Part shown: one piece after another, positions 24,882 through 35,103 of the stretch
Layout: the number at the start of each line of letters is the position of its first letter
Position numbering within the stretch: the first letter of the stretch is position 1
Assembly (NCBI GenBank): GCA_024277675.1
Contig: JAJRUS010000030.1
Span: 1 to 63,188 of the forward strand
Origin: a bacterium
GTDB lineage: Bacteria; SZUA-182; SZUA-191; JAJRXT01
DNA: 63,188 bases
Direction of reading: 5' to 3'
Made by a program: the position numbers and the translations under genes
The notes under the pieces: model-generated
Seen by the model: only the letters and a program-made list of their open reading frames with translations
Told to the model about the DNA's origin: nothing
Database searches by the model: none

Positions 24882-25523
24882 TTATAAGACTTTTTTAACG
24901 CTCTGCCGGGCCTGCCTGTAATTTTTAAGTACCCGCCGGCTATATTTTTGTGGTATATTGGCCTGGGTGAGGATTAATCGGCCAACAGCAGTGGGGCCCA
25001 TATTATAAGCGGTTAAAGCCAATTCCATATTTTCGAAACGCCGAAACATTTTGGCCAGATAATAGGCTCCCATTTTGATGTTCAGGCGTGGTTCGTGCAA
25101 GCTGGCAATTCCATTAAGCTTGAAACCCATTTCCCGGGCGACCTCTTGGGCGGTGGGGAGCCTGAGTTGCATCAATCCTCGAGCTCCGGCGGTAGAACAG
25201 GCTTCATTTTTAAATTCACTTTCTGTTTTTATTAAAGCTACAATTAACCGGGGATCGAACCCTTGTTCCTGGCTTTCCCGATAAATAAGTTTTACTAACC
25301 GGCATTTATCCTGATAGGAAAGCCGGGGAGCCAACTGGTACAGAGAATTAAATACCTCTTGTCTTTGCTTTAGCGCAACCTGGGCACGCGTATCCGCTAC
25401 TAATTTCAACTTATCAGGATATGCCGTTGGGGAATGTGAACCGGGATGAAACCAAGGTTCAGCTCCCAAAACCCCAAGCGCTAACAAGGGCAATATTAAT
25501 TGTTTTAACCGATTTTTCATCAT
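24882..25523 (-). CDS. Lytic transglycosylase (SLT domain)
   Basis: LIKTESEF...AGARGLMQL...ALTAYNMG; signal peptide. Confidence 0.9.
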   Translation of the reverse strand: MMKNRLKQLILPLLALGVLGAEPWFHPGSHSPTAYPDKLKLVADTRAQVALKQRQEVFNSLYQLAPRLSYQDKCRLVKLIYRESQEQGFDPRLIVALIKTESEFKNEACSTAGARGLMQLRLPTAQEVAREMGFKLNGIASLHEPRLNIKMGAYYLAKMFRRFENMELALTAYNMGPTAVGRLILTQANIPQKYSRRVLKNYRQARQSVKKVL

Positions 25524-25756
25524 AATAACTCACTTAATAACAGCAATGAGACACCCACCCTACAACTATCATATTGATAATTATAGGTTTTTCCAAATAG
25601 CTGTAATTTACATCTTAATGTTTTCTGTGGATGACGTATATTAATACCACATATTTTTAGTTTGTCAACCCCCTAAAACCAGAAAAACCCTTTAAAATAA
25701 TAAAAAAGCCAAGAACAGGGCATTATTACCCGTTTTCTGCGAAACAGGAGTAAAGC

Positions 25757-26242
25757 ATGGAAAAACCAGCTACAGACTATTATGCAAAAGAGTTGGGACA
25801 GCTTTTAATCGCTAAAAAACTTAGCCTTTCAGTAGCCGAATCCTGTACTGCCGGACTAATTTCTCACCAAATAACCAATGTCCCCGGAAGTTCCCGCTAC
25901 TTCCATGGGGGAATAATAGCTTATGCTGATCAAATTAAAATAAACATATTAAAAGTCCCTGAAGGGGTAATAAAGCGCTGTGGAGCAGTGAGCGCCCTTA
26001 CCGTTTGGCATATGGTTCGCCAGGCAGCTTGCGTATTTGACACCCAATGCGCCATAGCGGTATCCGGAATCGCCGGCCCCGGCGGCGGAACTCCCACCAA
26101 GCCCATCGGCTTAGTGTGGATTGCCGTTTTAACTCCTGAAGGAATTATCACCAATAAATATAATTTTAAGGGAAATAGGGCACAGATAAAACATCAGGCA
26201 GCCGGCGCCGCCCTCCATATGATGCTATCCAGCCTGAAGTGA
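25757..26242 (+). CDS. pncC: Nicotinamide-nucleotide amidohydrolase (CinA C-terminal domain)
   Basis: VAESCTAGLI, PGSSRYF, GAVS, SGIAGPGGGTPTKPIGLV. Confidence 0.9.
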   Translation: MEKPATDYYAKELGQLLIAKKLSLSVAESCTAGLISHQITNVPGSSRYFHGGIIAYADQIKINILKVPEGVIKRCGAVSALTVWHMVRQAACVFDTQCAIAVSGIAGPGGGTPTKPIGLVWIAVLTPEGIITNKYNFKGNRAQIKHQAAGAALHMMLSSLK

Positions 26243-26263
26243 TTTTATACGCCATAAAGCTAA

Positions 26264-26290
26264 AGGGAGAGATAATTACTATCCCTCCCT
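26264..26290. terminator. Hairpin between convergent pncC and XRE genes
   Basis: agggagagata/tatccctccct imperfect 11-bp stem. Confidence 0.4.
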
Positions 26291-26327
26291 CTGGCTTACT
26301 TCATGGTATTTCGGCTTGCTGAAGCTT

Positions 26328-26537
26328 CTAATTGTTAGATTCGCGGAAGAACTTGCTCAATGGAATACCTAACGCATCGGTAATCTTCTTCAGCGTCTTA
26401 ATGGTAACATTGGGCAGCCCACCGGTTTCAATCTTGGACAAATACTCCCGCTTGATTCCGGTTTTGTGCTCCATTTGCTCCTGGGTGAGCTTCTTGGCAA
26501 GTCTGATATCTCTGATCTTCTGTCCTACTGGATACAT
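26328..26537 (-). CDS. XRE-family helix-turn-helix regulator
   Basis: IRDIRLAKKLTQEQMEHKTGIKREYLSKIETG...NVTIKTLKKI. Confidence 0.9.
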   Translation of the reverse strand: MYPVGQKIRDIRLAKKLTQEQMEHKTGIKREYLSKIETGGLPNVTIKTLKKITDALGIPLSKFFRESNN

Positions 26538-26710
26538 AAGCCATCACTCCTTTGAAATATTAGGGGTTTATTTAAAAAATTAACCATTTAAAACTTGAGA
26601 AATTCGTCACTATTATGTTTCCTTATATATAAAGATAAATATCAAGCAATCTTTATTCCATCTGCAATCAAATTTCTAAAAAAAACTGCTCAATGTATTA
26701 CAATGCCAAA

Positions 26711-27871
26711 TTAACTTCTCTGTGCCAGCGACTGAATCCAAGTTGCGGTCAGCGCTCCCACTTCCTCTAATCCGGCTTTATCTAACAAGGAGATATTATC
26801 GTAACGAGTATGAATAAGCAGGGATTTGCTGGCGGCACACGCCAGAGTTACAGCGGGAAAACCATTCTCGGCAAAAGGAATATGATCTACTAACAAGCCC
26901 GGTAAAAGCCCTCGACGTCCAAGTTTAATATGCTGCCTGTGAGCCAATTTGACAATTTCATCCGTCAACTCAGGGTCTTTTTGACCCAACAATACCAGTT
27001 TCTTTTCAATTCCCACCCCGTCTAAATTTATAAAATAAGTATTCTCTCGCCTCCACTCATTAAGATGTCCGGCTGCATATTGGCTGGCCCCTAAAAGCCC
27101 GTATTCCTCAGCGCCGGTGAATAAACACTTTATTTCTATACCCGCCGGGCAATGCCGACTGAACATGCGAGCCAGCTCCAGCACTACCCCCACACTGCCG
27201 GCATTATCCAATCCACCACTGGATTTATTCTGGGTGGAGACCATCAATAACCTCAAAACCGACAAAACGGCGACAGTAAACCATAAATCATATTTAATGT
27301 CAAGTAAAAAATTACAAAATAAATTACAATGTTGTAACCCCAATCCTACCAACAATAAAAACACAGCCCCCATTGCCAGTACTAAACAAAAAATCCTCAC
27401 CGGCAGCGAAACAGTCTGGCTCTTTGAGTCATAGTGGGCTATCAGATATACTGTTGTGCGGGGTTTGTCAGCAGCCTCAGGCTGACCGGCAATTATATTC
27501 TTGCTGCTTAAGCGCTTTTCAGGTTCTCTTTTGTCTTCCGACACCTTTTGGGCCAGCTTAAGCCAGATTTTTTTAGACACCGGCTGCACAAACAACAATA
27601 TTGACAACAAAACAAAAGCCAGCCACGGCAAAGACTCATAACTCAGCCAGGAAAATCCTAACAATATAAGCGCCGACATTAAAAAAAACCGGCTAAAACC
27701 CCACGGAGTATAAGCAATATTAAACTCCTCTTCGGCAACTGTATAACCATATTGCTCCAGTTGCTCCTTTATATAACCCGCCGCCCTAAGCTCTCCCTCA
27801 GTTCCCACCAACCGCGGATAAGCTATCGCCTGGGCATGCTTAAAAGCTGATGCTGAATCAAATGTATCCAT
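26711..27871 (-). CDS. Membrane-bound M28 family peptidase
   Basis: AHYDS, DNAGSV, FTGAEEYGL, DHIPF, HTRYD; two hydrophobic hairpins. Confidence 0.9.
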   Translation of the reverse strand: MDTFDSASAFKHAQAIAYPRLVGTEGELRAAGYIKEQLEQYGYTVAEEEFNIAYTPWGFSRFFLMSALILLGFSWLSYESLPWLAFVLLSILLFVQPVSKKIWLKLAQKVSEDKREPEKRLSSKNIIAGQPEAADKPRTTVYLIAHYDSKSQTVSLPVRIFCLVLAMGAVFLLLVGLGLQHCNLFCNFLLDIKYDLWFTVAVLSVLRLLMVSTQNKSSGGLDNAGSVGVVLELARMFSRHCPAGIEIKCLFTGAEEYGLLGASQYAAGHLNEWRRENTYFINLDGVGIEKKLVLLGQKDPELTDEIVKLAHRQHIKLGRRGLLPGLLVDHIPFAENGFPAVTLACAASKSLLIHTRYDNISLLDKAGLEEVGALTATWIQSLAQRS

Positions 27872-27917
27872 ATTTGCACTTATGAATTAATCATAAGAAA
27901 TCCCCACTTCTATACAA

Positions 27918-27947
27918 ACTATAGTACAGTTAATACATATTTGTCAA
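27918..27947 (-). promoter_or_regulatory. Putative sigma70 promoter of the M28 gene
   Basis: TTGACA-N18-TATAGT on the minus strand upstream of ATG at 27871. Confidence 0.4.
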
Positions 27948-28299
27948 CATATAGATTGCAAATTAAGCCCAAAAAAGAATTATTTGTGCTTTCTGCGTTT
28001 AAGCCGGTCTAGTCATAAATTTGGAGTATTGGGCGAATTGAGAGAAAAATAGATATTTTGAGGTAAGCCTGGAAGTAGAGCCGCTGGCCTTAAGCAGAAC
28101 TGAGCCTGGTTTGCTGCATAATATGCATATGATAATCCATTTAACGTCTGTCACCCTGAGCGAAGTGAATAGTCTAACAAAAACATCATTTGGTATTGAA
28201 CAAATTTATCCGCCGGGGTAAAATCTTTATCAATTACAAGGGCCTGGTAAAAAGTTGTCATTTTATCTGAACAACTTCTAAAAAAGGGGGCACAGCCCC

Positions 28300-29637
28300 A
28301 TGGGTTTGCGGCGGGAGCTGAATTTATTCGATGCGGTTATGATGGTGGTGGGTAATATTGTGGGGGTGGGTATATTTACCACCAGCGGCATTGTGGCCCA
28401 GTATATCCAGCATCCCATCTGGATGCTCGGCGCCTGGGCAGTAGGCGGGTTGGTGGCGCTGGCCGGTGCGCTGACCCTTGGTGAACTGGGGGCCTGCCTG
28501 CCCCGGGCCGGGGGGGATTATGCTTTCTTAAGGGAAGCCTATCATCCACAGGTGGCGTTTTTGTACGGTTGGGCCTGTTTTTGGGCCACCTTCTCCGGCA
28601 GTATCGCTATTCTGGCCATCGCCCTGGCCGATTATTTAAGTATTTTCTTTCCCCGCCTCTCGCTGCAAAACACTATTATCAATTGGCCAATTACTATATC
28701 CGGCGGACATCTGCTGGCCATTTCGGCAATAATTGTGCTTTGCCTGTTTAATTACCTGGGTTTAAAGCCGGGCCGCCGGCTACAGAATATTTTATCTGTA
28801 TTAAAAATTGCGCTTATTGCGGGGATTATCTGGCTGGGGCTTAGCTCTCCTTTAGGCTACTGGGGTAATTTCAAGCTGGCCGCAACAACAACCGCCGGTT
28901 TTGGCCTGTTGGCCTTCTGTCAGGGTTTAGTGCCGGTGTGGTTTACTTATTCCGGCTGGAACAGTATTACCTACCTGGGCGAGGAGGTAAAATCACCGGG
29001 CAGAAACATCCCCCTCTCGGCCGCCATGGCAGTGTTGATCAGCTTAATCCTGTATCTGCTGCTGAATGTAGTATATATCTACGCCATGTCTACATCCGGC
29101 ATGTCCGGGGTGATTAGGGTAGCGCAACTGGCTATTGAATTATTGCGCGGTAACTTAGCCGCCGGGTTGGTATCGGCTGTGGTGGCCCTCTCCATCCTGG
29201 GTTGTTTGAATGCCACTATCATTGTGGGCGCCCGCATATACTACGCCATGGCGCAGGATGGATTGTTTTTTGCCGGCTGGGGCGAGGTGCATCCCCGCCA
29301 CGGCAGTCCCGGTACAGCTACCCTGGGACAAGGCATGTGGGCCTGTGTGTTGATAGTCAGCGGCACCTTCGCCCAATTACTTAATTTTGTTGTATTTGTA
29401 ATGCTGATTCTGTCGGCGCTTACCGGTGCGGGATTGTTTAGATTGAGAAGCGCCAGGCCCGACTTACCCCGCCCTTATAAAGTATGGGGCTATCCCTTCA
29501 CTCCGCTTATATTTATAATATTCTGCCTGGGAGTGGCGCTGGGTAACCTGATACAAGAACCCATCCAGGCTGCCTGGGGTATAGCGGTTATCCTGACCGG
29601 GCTGCCGGCTTACCGGTTATGGCAACGTAAACCTTAA
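28300..29637 (+). CDS. APC-family amino acid permease
   Basis: VGNIVGVGIF, AELG..LPRAGGDY, FTYSGW, EEVKSPGRNIP, LPRPYKVWGYP; about 12 TM segments. Confidence 0.92.
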   Translation: MGLRRELNLFDAVMMVVGNIVGVGIFTTSGIVAQYIQHPIWMLGAWAVGGLVALAGALTLGELGACLPRAGGDYAFLREAYHPQVAFLYGWACFWATFSGSIAILAIALADYLSIFFPRLSLQNTIINWPITISGGHLLAISAIIVLCLFNYLGLKPGRRLQNILSVLKIALIAGIIWLGLSSPLGYWGNFKLAATTTAGFGLLAFCQGLVPVWFTYSGWNSITYLGEEVKSPGRNIPLSAAMAVLISLILYLLLNVVYIYAMSTSGMSGVIRVAQLAIELLRGNLAAGLVSAVVALSILGCLNATIIVGARIYYAMAQDGLFFAGWGEVHPRHGSPGTATLGQGMWACVLIVSGTFAQLLNFVVFVMLILSALTGAGLFRLRSARPDLPRPYKVWGYPFTPLIFIIFCLGVALGNLIQEPIQAAWGIAVILTGLPAYRLWQRKP

Positions 29638-29784
29638 GGGTATCTTGAAAAATTGCTCTCCTCTCCGATTGACGGCGTCGCAGATCGTCTCAAAATGCTC
29701 ATGTACCAGCATGTACACTGCGCTTTTTCGACTCGCTGCTCCTTGTTCTCGAAGAAAATTTCTAATTTTTCAAGATACCCTTAA
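29634..29784. mobile_element. MITE-like element with 18-bp terminal inverted repeats bounded by TTAA
   Basis: ttaagggtatcttgaaaa ... ttttcaagatacccttaa; the left TTAA contains the permease stop codon; non-coding interior. Confidence 0.8.
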
Positions 29785-29917
29785 CCTATAAAACAATCAC
29801 TCGCCAAGACCGGGTTAACAAATTTAACCGGATTATGGTATAGTATTGGGGAAAATCGGCCAGCAGTCGGCGATTATATATGGAGCAAGTAGGCTGATCT
29901 TTAGGGGGTTTACCGGG

Positions 29918-31003
29918 ATGAAGGTATTATTTATCACGCGTTGTTATCCCCCCATCATCGGGGGCATGGAGAAAGTCAGCTATGAATTGACCACTCATAT
30001 GTCAAGCCTGGTAGAGGCCCATATCATTGCCAATCGCCGCGGCAAGGGGTACTTACCCCTTTTTCTGCCTTACGCCTTGGTGCGCGCCGTATACTTAATA
30101 AAGCGGCATAAAATTCAATTGCTGCATTTGAGTGACGGCTTTATGTCTTTACTGGGGGTGGGCATTAAATTATTTTGCAGAATACCCATTGTAGTAACCA
30201 CACACGGACTTGATGTAACCTATCAACATCAGTTGTATAAGTGGCTGATACCAAAGTGTATACAAAAGATGGATAAAATCATCTGTATCAGCCGGCATAC
30301 CCGGGAAGAATGCCTTAGGCGAGGGGTTAAGCCTGAGCGCTGCGGATTTATTCCCAATGGAGTAAACGGGCAGGAATTTATGCTGGATGAGCCTGATTTA
30401 AGGTTAGAGTTGGCAAGGCTTCTGGGGGTTGAGCTAACCGGCAAACGAATTTTATTAAGTGTGGGACATCTGGTAAAACGTAAAGGATTCCAGTGGTTTA
30501 TAGAATCGGTAATGCCGGAATTGGCCGAAGACACAATTTATGTTATAATTGGCGGCTATGGTAACGCCAGTGCGGGTAACGAAAAGGAGGCATACAACAG
30601 CTTAATACATAAACTGGGTTTACAGCAACGGGTGTTTCTGTTGGGTGAAGTGTCTTTACGCACCCTCAAGGTAGCTTATAATACCGCCGATTTACTTATT
30701 ATGCCTAACATCAAAGTAAATAATGATATAGAAGGCTTTGGCATAGTGATTTTAGAGGGTGGTTCCTGTGGCTTACCGGCTATAGCTTCCGACTTAGAAG
30801 GCATCAGGGATGCCGTTTCTCAGGGCCAGAACGGATTTTTAGTGCCGGCCGGGGATGCCGCCGGCTATATAAAGCAGATAGAGGCTTATCAGCCGACCGG
30901 GGAATTTAACCGCCGGGTTCGTGATTTTACCCTGAAGCGCTTTGAGTGGTCGAAAATCGCCCGACAATACCTAGACGTCTTTCAGGAACATGTAGCTAAA
31001 TGA
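29918..31003 (+). CDS. GT4 glycosyltransferase
   Basis: MKVLFITRCYPPIIGGME; EGFGIVILE; likely start ATG at 29918. Confidence 0.9.
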   Translation: MKVLFITRCYPPIIGGMEKVSYELTTHMSSLVEAHIIANRRGKGYLPLFLPYALVRAVYLIKRHKIQLLHLSDGFMSLLGVGIKLFCRIPIVVTTHGLDVTYQHQLYKWLIPKCIQKMDKIICISRHTREECLRRGVKPERCGFIPNGVNGQEFMLDEPDLRLELARLLGVELTGKRILLSVGHLVKRKGFQWFIESVMPELAEDTIYVIIGGYGNASAGNEKEAYNSLIHKLGLQQRVFLLGEVSLRTLKVAYNTADLLIMPNIKVNNDIEGFGIVILEGGSCGLPAIASDLEGIRDAVSQGQNGFLVPAGDAAGYIKQIEAYQPTGEFNRRVRDFTLKRFEWSKIARQYLDVFQEHVAK

Positions 31004-32019
31004 AAATACTGCTAATCGCTCCCTGCAGTAAGCCATATCAACATGGGAGCTTTATGTTAAAATACTTAACCGGCATGGGGCATGAGGTTTGCGCTTTCGA
31101 TTATCGGCAGCATCCGCCCACCGCTCTTGGTCGCTGGCCGCTGGTCAGCAACCACTGGATATATCCGGTGTTGCTTAGAAGCCTGCCGGTTAAAAACAGG
31201 CTGCTTATTCGGCAGGCGCTTGATTTTAAGCCGGAATTGATACTGGTGGTCAAGGGAGAGTCGGTGCTTCCCCAAACTATTGAGTACTTGAAACAGCATA
31301 CCGGGGCGTTAGCCATCAACTGGTTTCCCGATGATCCGCATTTATTTAATGCCGTGGCCAGGCACAACGCTAATGCCTATGATGTAATATTTACCAGTTC
31401 CGCCGATGCAGTAGCCTGGTATAAGGAATTGGGTATAAAGCGGGTGCATTGGCTGGGGTTTGCCTGCGACCCTGAGATACATAAGCAGTTGGAGCTTACC
31501 CCGGAAGAGCAGACTCAATATGAATCGGAAATTTGCTTTGTGGGCACCTATTATCCGGAGCGCCAGCGTATTTTGAAGCAACTGGCTGATTTCAAATTAA
31601 AGTTCTGGGGACCGCACTGGTATCGCCCGCTTATAGGAAATAAGCTATATAAACATTATATGGGAAGCGCCATCTACCATCAAGATATGGTTAAGGCCTA
31701 TAATGCGGCAAAAATTGTGATTAACATCCACCCGGCGGTAATGCGGCATAAAGGCTTGAGGGCCAATATGAAGGCCTATGAGATCGCCGGCAGCGGCGCA
31801 TTTCAATTGTGTGATAAAACCAAGGGCCTGGAGGAAGTGTTTGCTATTGGAGATGAGATCGCCTGTTATCAGGATGAGCATGATGTAGCGGCGGTGGTCA
31901 GGCATTATTTGAAGCGCCCTGAAGAGCGTGATAAAATAGCCAGGGCGGCTCAGCAGCGGGCCTATAACGAGTATACTTTTCAGCACAGGTTAACCCGCAT
32001 CCTGGCGGAGGTAGGCTAG
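31000..32019 (+). CDS. CgeB-like glycosyltransferase (DUF3880 / Glyco_trans_1_2)
   Basis: NWFPDDPH, FACDPEIH, ICFVGTYYPER, NMKAYEIAGSG, HTFxHR-like end (YTFQHR). Confidence 0.85.
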   Translation: MKILLIAPCSKPYQHGSFMLKYLTGMGHEVCAFDYRQHPPTALGRWPLVSNHWIYPVLLRSLPVKNRLLIRQALDFKPELILVVKGESVLPQTIEYLKQHTGALAINWFPDDPHLFNAVARHNANAYDVIFTSSADAVAWYKELGIKRVHWLGFACDPEIHKQLELTPEEQTQYESEICFVGTYYPERQRILKQLADFKLKFWGPHWYRPLIGNKLYKHYMGSAIYHQDMVKAYNAAKIVINIHPAVMRHKGLRANMKAYEIAGSGAFQLCDKTKGLEEVFAIGDEIACYQDEHDVAAVVRHYLKRPEERDKIARAAQQRAYNEYTFQHRLTRILAEVG

Positions 32020-32808
32020 GTGCCTGAAATTTCTGTAACCATAATTACCTATAATGAAGAAAAACGTATTGCTGATTGTCTCTCCAGTGTAGCCTGGGCT
32101 GATGAGATAGTGGTAATCGACGCTTACAGCAGCGATAATACGCCGGAAATCTGCCGGAAATTCGGCGCCCGGGTTATCAAGCACAAATGGCCGGGGCATA
32201 TCGAGCAGAAAAATTACGCCCTGTCGCAGGCAAGCCATGACTGGATTTTCAGCCTGGACGCAGATGAGGTAGCCTCACCGGAGTTGGCAACACAAATAAA
32301 AAAATTAATGCAACCGGCACAGCCGGCGGCGGCGGCGGGCTATTTTGTCCCCCGCCAAACCAACTATCTGGGCCGCTGGATTAAACACTGCGGCTGGTAT
32401 CCCGATTACAAACTACGGCTGTTTGATAAACGGGTAGCCCACTGGGGGGGCGAAGACCCGCATGACAGCGTTATCTGTAAGGGAAAAACCGCTAAATTGA
32501 CTGGCAAGTTGTATCATTATTCTTTTGATGGTATAACCGACCACTTGGATACCATAGACCGTTTCACCGGCATTGCCGCCGCTGAACGTCATAAAAAGGG
32601 AATAAAAGCTAATCCGGTACAGTTGGCGCTACGCCCGCCGCTCACCTTTCTCAAAATGTATTTTTTGCAGATGGGTTTTTTGGATGGCATACCGGGGCTG
32701 ATTATCTGTATATTATCGGCTTATCACGTGTTTATAAAATACGCCAAGCTGTGGGAGTTGGGAAAAGAAGATTTTAACCACAGAGAACACAGAGGAAAAA
32801 CAAAATAA
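32020..32808 (+). CDS. GT2 glycosyltransferase (LPS core beta-1,4-glucosyltransferase/WaaE-like)
   Basis: IITYNEE, IDAYSSDNT, FSLDADE, GWYPDYKLRLF, GFLDGIPG. Confidence 0.9.
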   Translation: MPEISVTIITYNEEKRIADCLSSVAWADEIVVIDAYSSDNTPEICRKFGARVIKHKWPGHIEQKNYALSQASHDWIFSLDADEVASPELATQIKKLMQPAQPAAAAGYFVPRQTNYLGRWIKHCGWYPDYKLRLFDKRVAHWGGEDPHDSVICKGKTAKLTGKLYHYSFDGITDHLDTIDRFTGIAAAERHKKGIKANPVQLALRPPLTFLKMYFLQMGFLDGIPGLIICILSAYHVFIKYAKLWELGKEDFNHREHRGKTK

Positions 32809-32930
32809 CTATAAGGAAGGGTCATTGACCCAAACCATGAAACCAGGAACAGGCATAGCTGTTTTTAAAAAGGGGCTGTGCCCCTTCTTGGCTTCCTGGT
32901 TTCCTAATGAAAAATTCTTTGTGCTCTCTG
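32772..32930. repeat. Nested REP-like repeats overlapping the GT2 3' end
   Basis: Outer arms accacagagaacacagag / ctttgtgctctctg; inner ctataaggaa...ttcctggtttccta family, also at about 51098 and 58033. Confidence 0.65.
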
Positions 32931-32948
32931 CATTCTGGCAATTAAAAT

Positions 32949-33977
32949 ATGAATAAATCAACTAAACGAATTCTGGTAACCCGCAACGATAAACTGGGGG
33001 ATGTGGTCGTCTCCACCCCGGTTTTTTTATCGCTGCGCCATAGCTTCCCCGATGCCCATATAGCCGCCCTGGTCAGCCCGGCCGGCTTTGAGGCGGTAAA
33101 GGATAATCCCCGTTTAAACGAAGTGCTGGTAGATGATAAACAAGGAGAACATCGAGCTCGGCGGGGATTTAAGCAATTGGTGGCCGAGGTTAAAAAGAGA
33201 AACTTTGACAGCGCCCTGATTTTGTTTTCCGACTGGCGCATGGGACGGCTCTGCATGCTGGCCGGTATACCTGAACGCATCGGCCCGGCTTCTAAGCTGG
33301 CTCAATTGTTTTACACCAGACGCATCCGGCAGCGCCGCTCACGATCAATTAAACACGAGGCTGATTACAACCTGGAACTGGCCGGCGAGCTGGGCGCCGT
33401 TATAGTGCGCAAAACCGAGCTATGGACCTCGGCTTTTGTCAAGCAGAAGGCAGAACAGTTCTTTAATAAACTAAACCTCGATCCCAAACAGCCTATAGTG
33501 GGCATTCATCCAGGCGGCGGCGGATCGAGTCGTAATTGGTCAGTTGAAAAATATGCCGAACTGGCTAACGAATTGACAGACAAACTGGGGGTCACCGTTT
33601 TTATAACCAACGGCCCCGGCGAAGAGGAATTGGTAGAGCGACTTGCCGATATGCTGACAGCGCCGGCTTACAGCTATCCCAACCATTACGGCATCCAGTT
33701 TCTGGCCGAGCTGATCAAACGCTTCAAGGTATTTGTAAGCGCCAACACCGGCCCCATGCATATAGCCGCTGCGGTAGGCACTCCCAGCGTATCCTTTTTC
33801 AGTCCGCTGATTGTCACCCGACCTAAGCGCTGGGGGCCGATAGGCAATAGTAACATTGTACTATCGCCCGAATTACCGGAATGCAAAAATTGCAGACCCC
33901 AAAATTGCGGTCATGCCGATTGCCTGGAGTCGATTCCAATAACAGAAGCATTGGCCGCAGTAAAAAAGTTACTATAA
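32949..33977 (+). CDS. GT9 LPS heptosyltransferase-like
   Basis: RNDKLGDVV, GIHPGGGG..RNW, SANTGPMHIAAAVG. Confidence 0.92.
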   Translation: MNKSTKRILVTRNDKLGDVVVSTPVFLSLRHSFPDAHIAALVSPAGFEAVKDNPRLNEVLVDDKQGEHRARRGFKQLVAEVKKRNFDSALILFSDWRMGRLCMLAGIPERIGPASKLAQLFYTRRIRQRRSRSIKHEADYNLELAGELGAVIVRKTELWTSAFVKQKAEQFFNKLNLDPKQPIVGIHPGGGGSSRNWSVEKYAELANELTDKLGVTVFITNGPGEEELVERLADMLTAPAYSYPNHYGIQFLAELIKRFKVFVSANTGPMHIAAAVGTPSVSFFSPLIVTRPKRWGPIGNSNIVLSPELPECKNCRPQNCGHADCLESIPITEALAAVKKLL

Positions 33978-33981
33978 CATC

Positions 33982-35097
33982 ATGATACATAACATTTTAT
34001 ACATCCAAGGGGTAACCATCATGGGCGGAGCGCCCCTTAGCCTGATTGAGCTGGCCGGCCGCTTAGATAAAAAGCGTTTTAACCCCTTAATCCTAACCTC
34101 CCGGACGGGTCAATTCACTGAAAAATTAACCAGGGCCGGCTTAGCCTATCGTATAGTACCTATGGGGATGTGGCGCAAGGGAAAGTCCTTTCCGCTGATA
34201 CCTTTTTCTTTATACAGGATTTACAGCCTGATTAAGCGGGAAAACATCTCACTGGTACATGCCAACACCCTGTGGGACAATCCTTATGCCTGCCTGCCGG
34301 CTAATTGCTGCAATATCCCGGCAGTATGCCATATTCGCTCCACCCCTAAACCGGGTATGCTAAAAAAATACTTTTTGCATAAATCAAGCCGCATAATCAC
34401 CGTATCCGAATATACCAAAGGCGCCCTGGGCGAGTGCAACAAAGTACCTGTATCAACCATCTACAACGGCATTGATTTAGCCTATGGTCAACTGGATGGA
34501 GCAAGCCGGCGGGTGCGGGCTGAACTGGGATTTTCCCCGGATAACATAGTGGTGGGACTGATCAGCCGGCTGGACCCTTTAAAGGGCCAGGAAACACTTA
34601 TCCAGGCGGCTAAGCAGGTGGTAGGTAAATTTCCACAAACCCGTTTCCTGCTGGCCGGCGAACCAAAAGATAAAACCCCCGACTATTTACAACAGTTGAA
34701 ATTTATGGTAAAAAGCGCTGGACTCAATGCTTATTTTGTATTTACCGGCTATTATAGCAACACCATAGAACTTACCGCCGCCCTGGATATTTCGGTATTA
34801 CCTTCATTGAGCGAGGGCTTTGGCCGCACAAATTTAGAAGCCATGGCACAAAGAAAACCGGTTATCTCCACCAATATCGGTGGCATCCCGGAAGTAGTGG
34901 AAGCCGGGGTAACCGGATTTCTGATACCTCCTAACGACCCAGACTGCCTGGCCCAGAAGCTCATCGAGTTATTGGCTTGCCGAGATAAACGTAAGCTTAT
35001 GGGCGAACGGGGGTATAAAGTAGTGGCCCGGAAATTTGACTTAAACCAACAAGTAAAAAAAGTGGAAACCCTCTATGAGGAGCTGCTTAAGCATTAG
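33982..35097 (+). CDS. GT4 glycosyltransferase
   Basis: EGFGRTNLEAMA...IGGIPEVV. Confidence 0.92.
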   Translation: MIHNILYIQGVTIMGGAPLSLIELAGRLDKKRFNPLILTSRTGQFTEKLTRAGLAYRIVPMGMWRKGKSFPLIPFSLYRIYSLIKRENISLVHANTLWDNPYACLPANCCNIPAVCHIRSTPKPGMLKKYFLHKSSRIITVSEYTKGALGECNKVPVSTIYNGIDLAYGQLDGASRRVRAELGFSPDNIVVGLISRLDPLKGQETLIQAAKQVVGKFPQTRFLLAGEPKDKTPDYLQQLKFMVKSAGLNAYFVFTGYYSNTIELTAALDISVLPSLSEGFGRTNLEAMAQRKPVISTNIGGIPEVVEAGVTGFLIPPNDPDCLAQKLIELLACRDKRKLMGERGYKVVARKFDLNQQVKKVETLYEELLKH

Positions 35098-35103
35098 CAT
35101 ATT

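Noticed and set aside
28149-28175. tgtcaccctgagcgaagtgaatagtct as a riboswitch or tRNA fragment upstream of the amino acid permease
   Set aside because: It resembles one arm of a common REP-like repeat; no T-box, lysine or glycine riboswitch consensus could be recognised by eye (an Rfam scan of 27872-28299 would settle it).
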